Origin: Nitrospiraceae bacterium
GTDB taxonomy: Bacteria; Hydrogenedentota; Hydrogenedentia; Hydrogenedentales; SLHB01
Reading direction: 5' to 3'
DNA length: 36,824 nucleotides
NCBI GenBank assembly: GCA_011682535.1
Contig: JAACEL010000007.1
Span: forward strand, 1-36,824
Position numbers and translations under genes: made by a program. Below, piece by piece: positions 23,796-31,212 of the stretch (position 1 is its first letter; the number at the start of each line of letters is the position of its first letter). The notes under the pieces were generated by a model, which saw only the letters and a program-made list of their open reading frames with translations, had not been told where the DNA came from and did no database searches.

Positions 23796-26700
23796 TCACC
23801 CTCCTTTTTCAATCACCGGCAGGTAAATCATAAAGCACGCGCCTTGGCCGTAGCGCCCCTCCTCCGTCATCTCACCGCCCAACCGCCTCACGTGCCGCCG
23901 CGCTATCGACAATCCAAGCCCCGTTCCTTGCGGATGGTACGTCCGGAACGGATGAAAGATCGTCTCCTTGTTGCGGCTCGGCACGCCTCGCCCGTTGTCG
24001 CGACAGGCGATCCGGACGAATCTCTTGGAAGCCGCCTGAAGAACGGCAGGCGGTTCGGCCAGCGCGGCGCCTAATTCCAAGCGCACGCCGGGTTTGCCAT
24101 GTTTTATGCTATTTTCCGCGAGTATTTCAAGCACCTCGAAAAACGCACGCCGGCTGACGTCGACCGACACGCGCGGTGCACGCCCCACGAGCCGAACCGC
24201 ACCCACGCCGGGAAACTGGTCGGAGATGTTGGCGCGCCCTTCTTTCAATAGGTCCCACACGCTCACTACCTCCGTGTCCTCGAAAGGATTGTCGGCCGCG
24301 TACTGTTTGAAGTCGTCGAGGATATGGAAGGCCCGGTCGAGACTGATCCGGGCCTTGCGCAGGAAATCTTCCACTTGGGGCGTCTCGTCCGTACAACGCC
24401 GTTCGGCGAGTTTGATGAACGACCGCGCCGCCCCGACTTTCGCGGCCAACTGGTGCGCCGCCATGGCCGACGAGGTCTTCCACGCCTCTTCCACAGCCCG
24501 CTCGGCGTCCTCCTCAGAGCGCCGCGCTTCGTCCAGGGCGGCGGCGGCGCCTGCCACGGCGATGCGCAGCAACTCCCACGCGGCGGGCCGCAGGTCGGTG
24601 GGCATCGAGATGGACAGCTTGCCGATACACCGTTGCCCGACGCACAGCGGGGCCTCGATCCACGGCGCGCTCCCTTTCTCCAGGTTCCGCTTGGATTGCG
24701 CCTCTCTCACCTGGAACCGGGGCAGTCCGTTGGCGGGCGGCGCCTCGACGATCCTGTTCGCCCGAATGCCCTTGCGTTCTTCGTAGGTCGTCAGATCCTT
24801 GGTCACCTCGATGGCGTGCCACGGCTGCGGATCCTTGCCGCCCCGGGCATAGCGCACCCCCCCGTCCCGGAACAGGTTCCGGTGGCCCTGATTGCGCATG
24901 CCGAACTGCTCGAAGCTCTCGATCCACTCCTCGTCCTGCGTCTTTTGGACCAGGTAGATGCGCCCCCACTGGAATCCCTCGCGCTCGAAGAACCCCAGTA
25001 TGCGCCGTGCCGTTTCGCGCGTCCCTTGCTCTGTCAGCCAGTCCTGAAACGCGCGCACCACGCTATACAGGCCCGACAGATCGTGGATGCGCTCCACGTA
25101 CCCGATCCGGCCGTTGGCCTCGAACGGAGGCTCCAGCGCCGCCCGGAAGTCGTCGATCGGCGCCATCAGCCAGTCGTGCGCGCGGGTTTCTTCGCCGGGG
25201 AGAATGTGGTAGCGATGGACGGGCCGGTTCCCGCGCGCCACGTCGCGGATCAGGCATTCCTCCTCGCTTGACTCGGCTTCGGAACGCCGCAAGCATCGGT
25301 GGTGAAGCGGGCGCGCCTGCCATCCAGGACGCCATTCGCCGTCATCGGCGGCGGCCTGATTGAGGAACAGGATCTGCCGTTGCGCGTCGACGATGCGAAT
25401 CTTGTCCGTCAACACGGACACCGACTGCTGGAGCAGCATGAGCCGTTTGGCTTGGTGAAACACGGCGGCGATCTGGCTGGCCAGCGTGCGGAACAGGTCG
25501 CATTCGGCGCTCGACGGCACTTCACGGTCCTGGCGCTCGAGGTGGATTGTTCCGATCACTTCATCGCCGATTCTCATCGGCACCACGGCGATGGCCTTCA
25601 TCCCCATCTCCGCCGCCCTGCGCCAGTTCGTCGCCGGGTTAACCTGGCCGGATGAAGAAGCATCACGGACAACGCAGATCTCGCCTTTGCGAACCACCCA
25701 AGGCTGAACGTCGCATTGCTCGATCGGGGCGCCGTCGTTGAGGGCGTAGTTGGTCTTGTAGTGGAATTCCGCGGCCCGCCGGTGGTGGGCCTGGGCCACG
25801 GCCTCGATCCGTTCCCGAAGCGGGTCGACCAGGCAGATCAGCACGCGGAAGTAGCCCGCCTCCTGGATCAACGCTTCCGCGGCCCCGCGTACGACGTCGC
25901 CCATATCGAGAGGGTCGTTGGCCAGCAGCCGGTTGACCTTGGCCATGATCTCGTAGTGCTTGGCATAGAGCAGCCCGATTTTCTGGCGGAACTCGATCTT
26001 GCAGGCCGTGTCATAGGCATGCCAGAAATGACCAAGCACGCGGCTGACTTTTTTCTGCTCAGCGGAGTCGATGTCGCGGCCGAACCCTCTGCGTTCCAAC
26101 GACAACACCGGCCGGGATTCGGGGGTCCACGACAACTGAATCTGCGGATCCGAGTAGACGCTGGTGCGCAGGTTGTCCAGCCAGTCCCGCCGCTTGGCGC
26201 CATCATCACGCGGAATCGCAACGGACGGCCTTCCCGGTTCCGGTACAAACAGCCGGCCTTGACCGAACGAACTCACCCGCACGAGATCCTTGGGGTTCGG
26301 AGGCTCGTCGCAAGGGGGGCTACCGGGCGCGTGGTACAGCCCGCCCGCGTCAAAACCCAGCAAGTACTTCGCCCCCAGGTAGAACTGCTCACAGACCGCT
26401 TCGGGTCCGTCGTCCACGAAGGCGGCGAAGCTGTTGCGCCACCGCGACAGGACGGAACGCAGGCGGAACGTCGCATGACCCGACACCGGACGGAACCGTT
26501 GCGCCGCGGGCAGTCTGCGATAGCAGGCCCACGCCTTGTCCCATTGACGTTGCCAGGCGTACACGTCGGCCACATGGCGTCCGTTCACCGAGCGCTTGAG
26601 AAACCGATGCCATATCGGAGAAAAGACCACGGCCATGCCGTCACGTTCCCGGCGCAGTAGTCCCGAGACTTCCAGTTGATGCGGCTGTGCGCCCGGCAGC

Positions 26701-27632
26701 GGGGCTTTGCCCTCTCGCAAAACCTGCATCAGCAGTTCGAACGACTCAGGCATGTGCTCGACCTCGCGCAGCGCCATGCGGCAGAAGAAGTCATTCTGCA
26801 TCGACGATTCGACAAAGCTCTTGACGCAGGTCCGGGTCTGTTGCAGATTCCAGCGTCCGCCCAGTTCGAAATGTTGGAGCGTGTAGGGGTGGCGCGCGGC
26901 GGTCACGACGATTTCCTGAATGAGGTGGATGCACCCGCCCGTCTGCTCGTAGAGATAGTCGAAGGCCTTGGGCGTGATCTCGCGATCCAGATCGATCTGC
27001 TCCGGGGGCACGTCCGGGTCGGCCGTTAACTCGCCCCGCTGGCGCATGCGGCGGCAGCAGTAAAAGCGGGCCGCGTAATCCCTGTCCGTCCCGCGAAGCA
27101 CGAACTGTTCGGCATGTCGATAGGGCGACAACTGGCCATAGGTGAGGGGAATGAAGTCCGCACTGCCCGTCACCACCACCGCCAGCCGCTCTTGAAACGA
27201 ACCCGCCTTGCACTGGTGAAAAGCATTGAGCAATTCGCGGGCAATGGGGACCGGAAAGCCGAGGATGTCTTGCACGAACAGCCATAACGGACGCAGGCGG
27301 TTTCGAAGCAACCGCTCAAACAGGCGATCGAGCTTGCCCGACAGGGGCGTGGCGGCTCCTCCGAGCGAACGCGCCTCCACCCCAAGACGCTGGGCCAGCG
27401 TGCGCACGAAGCGCTCCTCGCCCATGGTCCGAAAGTCGTCCCACATCAGCCGCACCACCTGCGGCCGTACCGGTTCGGGCTGACGTAGACTCCGTTGGGC
27501 GAGTTCCTCGAGTACCAGGGCTTTGCCGCTATTGCGCGGCCCCAAGAGCGCCAGGTGACTGCCCGATTCGAGCCGTCCCAGCAGCAGGTCGAACAGGTCG
27601 CTCCCAATCTGGCTGTACGTCTGCTTGGCCAT
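23796..27632 (-). CDS. Multidomain sensor histidine kinase: N-terminal P-loop STAND/AAA-like NTPase + winged-helix-like region, linker, GAF, PAS-like, GAF, DHp, HATPase_c
   Basis: ATG at 27632 with GGAGG upstream. Walker A GPRNSGKA (27519-27542), Walker B LWLFVQD. GAF-like regions are GYFRVLICLVDP...AIAVVPMRIGDEVIGTIHLER and GFQWGRIYLVQ...PLCVGQRCIGKLSISM. The H-box is SAMAAHQLAAKV (His codon 24453-24455). N-box LAENSIKHG, G1 DNGRGVP, F IFHPF, G2 GTGLGLSI. Confidence 0.9.
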   Translation of the reverse strand: MAKQTYSQIGSDLFDLLLGRLESGSHLALLGPRNSGKALVLEELAQRSLRQPEPVRPQVVRLMWDDFRTMGEERFVRTLAQRLGVEARSLGGAATPLSGKLDRLFERLLRNRLRPLWLFVQDILGFPVPIARELLNAFHQCKAGSFQERLAVVVTGSADFIPLTYGQLSPYRHAEQFVLRGTDRDYAARFYCCRRMRQRGELTADPDVPPEQIDLDREITPKAFDYLYEQTGGCIHLIQEIVVTAARHPYTLQHFELGGRWNLQQTRTCVKSFVESSMQNDFFCRMALREVEHMPESFELLMQVLREGKAPLPGAQPHQLEVSGLLRRERDGMAVVFSPIWHRFLKRSVNGRHVADVYAWQRQWDKAWACYRRLPAAQRFRPVSGHATFRLRSVLSRWRNSFAAFVDDGPEAVCEQFYLGAKYLLGFDAGGLYHAPGSPPCDEPPNPKDLVRVSSFGQGRLFVPEPGRPSVAIPRDDGAKRRDWLDNLRTSVYSDPQIQLSWTPESRPVLSLERRGFGRDIDSAEQKKVSRVLGHFWHAYDTACKIEFRQKIGLLYAKHYEIMAKVNRLLANDPLDMGDVVRGAAEALIQEAGYFRVLICLVDPLRERIEAVAQAHHRRAAEFHYKTNYALNDGAPIEQCDVQPWVVRKGEICVVRDASSSGQVNPATNWRRAAEMGMKAIAVVPMRIGDEVIGTIHLERQDREVPSSAECDLFRTLASQIAAVFHQAKRLMLLQQSVSVLTDKIRIVDAQRQILFLNQAAADDGEWRPGWQARPLHHRCLRRSEAESSEEECLIRDVARGNRPVHRYHILPGEETRAHDWLMAPIDDFRAALEPPFEANGRIGYVERIHDLSGLYSVVRAFQDWLTEQGTRETARRILGFFEREGFQWGRIYLVQKTQDEEWIESFEQFGMRNQGHRNLFRDGGVRYARGGKDPQPWHAIEVTKDLTTYEERKGIRANRIVEAPPANGLPRFQVREAQSKRNLEKGSAPWIEAPLCVGQRCIGKLSISMPTDLRPAAWELLRIAVAGAAAALDEARRSEEDAERAVEEAWKTSSAMAAHQLAAKVGAARSFIKLAERRCTDETPQVEDFLRKARISLDRAFHILDDFKQYAADNPFEDTEVVSVWDLLKEGRANISDQFPGVGAVRLVGRAPRVSVDVSRRAFFEVLEILAENSIKHGKPGVRLELGAALAEPPAVLQAASKRFVRIACRDNGRGVPSRNKETIFHPFRTYHPQGTGLGLSIARRHVRRLGGEMTEEGRYGQGACFMIYLPVIEKGG

Positions 27633-27647
27633 CTCCGCCCTCCGCTT

Positions 27648-29195
27648 CTACAACGCGTTGACGAACGTGTCGACGTTCGGATAGGTATCGGTCAGAATCT
27701 CGCGAAACACGGGGAACGTGAACGTATAGCCCCCTTTTTGGAACCGGAGAACGCACGCGTTGCGCAGGTTGGTCACCGCGCGGTGTATCTCGTCGAGCTT
27801 CTGCGGCCGCCCAGCTTGGGCGCACGCTTCCAGAAAGCGCCCCTCAGCCCAAGGGTCCGTGGTTTGGGCCTGCGCGTAGAGATAGGCGCACAGACGCTCG
27901 CTCGCCACGGGAACGCCGTTGTCCAAGGTATTCTCCAGAAAATGTCCCACGAGAAACTTCGTCAGTTCGTAACTCACCCCGATATCTTCCACATCGCCCA
28001 GATTGAGGCCGGCAGCGCTACGCTCCGAGGCAAGTTGATAGAGTTGCTCGCCATAGAACTGCACGAGAAACGGATAGCCTTCCGTAGCCTGCCAGATCCG
28101 GTCACACACCACGTCTTCGTTCTCGATGGGGATGCCGATGCTTTGGAACGGCTCGGCGATCAGCGAAAACGTCTCGCCACGCGTGAGCGACTTCAACGTC
28201 AACGGCTCCAGCGATCCGTGGAACGGACTGTCCCCCAGCGCCAGCCGCGTCATCGAGCGATACCCCGCAAACACCACCCGGATCCACCGGGCACTCGCCG
28301 CCTCGGCCAACACTCGGAAAAACGGCCAGTCGTTGGCCTCGTCGATGTCGACCACCCGGTCCAATTCGTCGAAAAACAGCAACAACGGCTTCGAGCCGCG
28401 TGCACTGCGGCGCTCGAACATGTACGAGACGTTCCGGATTCCCTTCTCGATGCGCAGCTCGCGTTTCGGGTCCACCTCGTGGGCAATGCGGTCGAAACAG
28501 TCCCAGTGCGTGCCCCACGTCAGACACGTGAAGCAGCGCACACGTCCGCGGTACTCGGGATGGATGCGCAGCACGTTCGTGGCCTTCTTCAGCAACGAGG
28601 TCTTTCCCACCCGGCGCGCGCCGTTGACGACGAAGTGCGTGTCCAACTGACTGGTCAGACGCTCCACCTCGTGTGCGCGGCCCTTGAACATGGCCCCGCG
28701 CGCCTCTTCCGTCGTGTTGAACGGGCAGACCTGCTGCAGGTTCACCTGGCGCCGGATGACCTCGAACAACACAGAGGACGGCACCTGCGCTGAAAACAGG
28801 CGTTCCAGATCGGCGCCGCAGATGAACACCGGGTGCAGGGAGGGCGGCACGAAAGGGTTGGGGGTCTCCAGATCCCACGACAACACGATATACAGGCAGA
28901 ACCCAAGCGATTCGACGGTGCTCTTGTACTGCGCGAGCAAGTTGGCCTGTTCGTGGGCTTCCTCGTCGTTTTCCGGGGGATGCGCCACCATCACCACGTT
29001 CAGGTCCATCTCCTTGAAGCCACCGAGGTGGCTCAGGTCCAGCAAGAACAGCGCCGCACGATGCACGCTCGCGTCCGCGATCTGTTCCGCCTCGAACAGA
29101 TCGGCAATCGCGCTCATCAACCGGCCGGCCGCGCCGCACGTGTCGGGCTTCTCCTCCCCGCACGCCGCGCGCCACAATCGCTGAAAATCGGGCAT
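27648..29195 (-). CDS. AAA/STAND-like ATPase (Arch_ATPase/ORC-Cdc6-like P-loop + winged helix) with unassigned about 160-aa N-terminal domain
   Basis: F(K)GRAHEVERL precedes Walker A GARRVGKTS (28596-28622). Walker B LLLFFDELD. VVFAGY is a sensor-1-like strand, and EGYPFLVQFYG is present. The C-terminal GGYTFTFPVFREIL is winged-helix-like. It is the first gene behind the promoter at 29240-29268. Confidence 0.85.
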   Translation of the reverse strand: MPDFQRLWRAACGEEKPDTCGAAGRLMSAIADLFEAEQIADASVHRAALFLLDLSHLGGFKEMDLNVVMVAHPPENDEEAHEQANLLAQYKSTVESLGFCLYIVLSWDLETPNPFVPPSLHPVFICGADLERLFSAQVPSSVLFEVIRRQVNLQQVCPFNTTEEARGAMFKGRAHEVERLTSQLDTHFVVNGARRVGKTSLLKKATNVLRIHPEYRGRVRCFTCLTWGTHWDCFDRIAHEVDPKRELRIEKGIRNVSYMFERRSARGSKPLLLFFDELDRVVDIDEANDWPFFRVLAEAASARWIRVVFAGYRSMTRLALGDSPFHGSLEPLTLKSLTRGETFSLIAEPFQSIGIPIENEDVVCDRIWQATEGYPFLVQFYGEQLYQLASERSAAGLNLGDVEDIGVSYELTKFLVGHFLENTLDNGVPVASERLCAYLYAQAQTTDPWAEGRFLEACAQAGRPQKLDEIHRAVTNLRNACVLRFQKGGYTFTFPVFREILTDTYPNVDTFVNAL

Positions 29196-29239
29196 TCCTT
29201 TCTTCTCCGCTTCAACTCAGGGCACCCCCCTACCGCCGA

Positions 29240-29268
29240 AGTGTATTCATGCGGCCCGTCCGATGCAA
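29240..29268 (-). promoter_or_regulatory. Putative sigma70-type promoter TTGCAT-N17-TACACT for the four-gene ATPase/kinase module
   Basis: Minus strand: -35 at 29263-29268, 17-nt spacer, -10 at 29240-29245. It lies about 45 nt upstream of the ATG at 29195. Confidence 0.4.
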
Positions 29269-29372
29269 ACCCACACGCATCAACACCGGCCTGCGCGCCG
29301 GATCAAAGGTGCGCCGCGCGCGTTGCGTATCCAGGCCCCCCGGCAACGCTTGGGGAATGACAAGAGCCCCGC

Positions 29373-29436
29373 AGGGGCGACAGCACATAAGCCGTGGGTG
29401 AGCGGAGCGAGCCCACGGCTACAGCCTGTCGCCCCT
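29373..29436. repeat. Nested GC-rich palindrome / long imperfect hairpin in the divergent intergenic region
   Basis: An 11-bp outer stem (29373-29383 / 29426-29436) and a 9-bp inner stem (29390-29398 / 29412-29420) with a 13-nt loop. Alternative flanking mini-hairpins are GCCCC-GCA-GGGGC (29366-29378) and GCCCC-TACC-GGGGC (29431-29444). Confidence 0.6.
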
Positions 29437-29624
29437 ACCGGGGCTGCAAACGCCTTGCCGAGGATGGCCGGATAAGTTCTGGGCTCAGCGCGAATACGGT
29501 TCCCTGGGAAGCGGACGTCAAACTGGGGATCATTCAACTCTGATGCAAGCGAACTCGACCTCCTTCCCCGTCTCTGGCATACTGCAAACACATTCGGATG
29601 ACCTGAATTACTGGAGAGTCCAAG

Positions 29625-31196
29625 ATGAGCGAACGTACACAATGGACCCGCCGCGGTTTCATGAAGGCGGGTGCGGGCGCGGCGGCCTTGGTGGCCACGA
29701 GCGGCAAGGGGAATGGAATGAGCACGGATCGGAAAAAGGAAGCGCGCAGACCCAATATCCTACTGCTGATGGCGGACCAGTTCCGGGGCGATTGCCTGTC
29801 ATCCGACGGGCACCCCGCCGTGCGCACCCCCAACCTCGACCGCATCGGGGAGGAAGGCGTCCGGTTCCGGTGCGGCTACTCGACCACGCCTACCTGCACG
29901 CCCGCGCGGGCGGGTCTCCTGACGGGACTCGGCCCTTGGCGGCACGGGATGCTGGGCTACGCGCGCGTCGCGCCCGAATACCCGCTCGAAATGCCCCGCG
30001 CGTTGCGTGAGGCGGGTTATTACACCATGGGCATCGGCAAGATGCATTGGCATCCCCAACGCAATCTGCACGGATTCCATGATGTCCTGCTCGACGAGTC
30101 GGGCCGGGAAGAATCCTACGACTTCAAGAGCGACTACCGCTGCTGGTTCGCGTCGCAGGCGCCCAATCTCGACCCCGATGTGACGGGCATTGGGTGGAAC
30201 GAGTTCCAGGCCAAACCGTACGCGCTGCCCGAAGAACTGCACCCGACGCACTGGACCGGCGAAACCGCCGTCCGCTTTCTCAGCACCTACGAACGGGAGG
30301 AGCCGTTCTTCCTCAAGGTCTCGTTCGCCCGGCCGCACAGTCCCTACGACGCCCCGCAGCGCTTCTTCGACCAGTACACCGACGCCGACATCCCCGCTCC
30401 GTCCATCGGCGACTGGGCCGGGCGGTACACTGAACGTAGCGGCGACGACCCCAACATCTGGCACGGCGACCTCGGCCCCGAGCAGGCCCGCTGGTCCCGG
30501 CAGGGATACTACGGCTCCATTTCCTTCATCGACGAGCAGGTCGGCCGCATTCTGGACGCGTTGGAACAGCGCGGCTTGATCGACGATACGCTGATTATCT
30601 TCACCGCCGACCACGGCGACATGACCGGCGACCACCACATGTGGAGAAAGTCGTACGCCTACGAGGCCTCCGCCCGAATCCCATTCCTCATGCGCTGGCA
30701 TGAAGGCGCCACGTCCGAACAGCGGGGCCAGGTCTCCGAAGCTCCCGTCGAACTGCGCGACATCCTCCCCACGTTCCTCGACGCGGCCGGAGGAGCAGGC
30801 GCGGAGCAATGCGAAGGACGGACGCTCCTCGACCTCTTCCGTGGGAAGGCCGGCGAATGGCGTCCCTGGATCGACCTCGAGCACGACGTGTGCTACAGCC
30901 CCAAGAATCATTGGAACGCGCTCACCGACGGCAAGGTCAAATACATCTTCCATACGTACGACGGCGAAGAGCAGCTATTCGACCTGGAAAACGACCCGGG
31001 GGAGTGCACGGACCTCGCGCGCGACCCGGCGCATGCCGACACGCTCCACACATGGCGCAAATGCCTTGTGGAACATCTCGCCGAGCGTGGCGAGGCCTAC
31101 GTCAAAGACGGTCAACTCGCCCTACGCCCCGAACGGATGCTCTACTCGCCCCACTATCCCAAGGTCGAGACGCCCAAGAAGAGACGCAGGGGTTAG
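29625..31196 (+). CDS. Arylsulfatase-family, formylglycine-dependent (Cys-type) sulfatase with Tat signal
   Basis: GGAGAG SD. WTRRGFMKAGAGAAALVA is a Tat motif. NILLLMADQFRGD is present. The canonical C-T-P-A-R lies at 29895-29909, followed by AGLLTG. Also IIFTADHGDMTGDH. Confidence 0.9.
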   Translation: MSERTQWTRRGFMKAGAGAAALVATSGKGNGMSTDRKKEARRPNILLLMADQFRGDCLSSDGHPAVRTPNLDRIGEEGVRFRCGYSTTPTCTPARAGLLTGLGPWRHGMLGYARVAPEYPLEMPRALREAGYYTMGIGKMHWHPQRNLHGFHDVLLDESGREESYDFKSDYRCWFASQAPNLDPDVTGIGWNEFQAKPYALPEELHPTHWTGETAVRFLSTYEREEPFFLKVSFARPHSPYDAPQRFFDQYTDADIPAPSIGDWAGRYTERSGDDPNIWHGDLGPEQARWSRQGYYGSISFIDEQVGRILDALEQRGLIDDTLIIFTADHGDMTGDHHMWRKSYAYEASARIPFLMRWHEGATSEQRGQVSEAPVELRDILPTFLDAAGGAGAEQCEGRTLLDLFRGKAGEWRPWIDLEHDVCYSPKNHWNALTDGKVKYIFHTYDGEEQLFDLENDPGECTDLARDPAHADTLHTWRKCLVEHLAERGEAYVKDGQLALRPERMLYSPHYPKVETPKKRRRG

Positions 31197-31212
31197 CTAC
31201 ATCGTACGCGTG

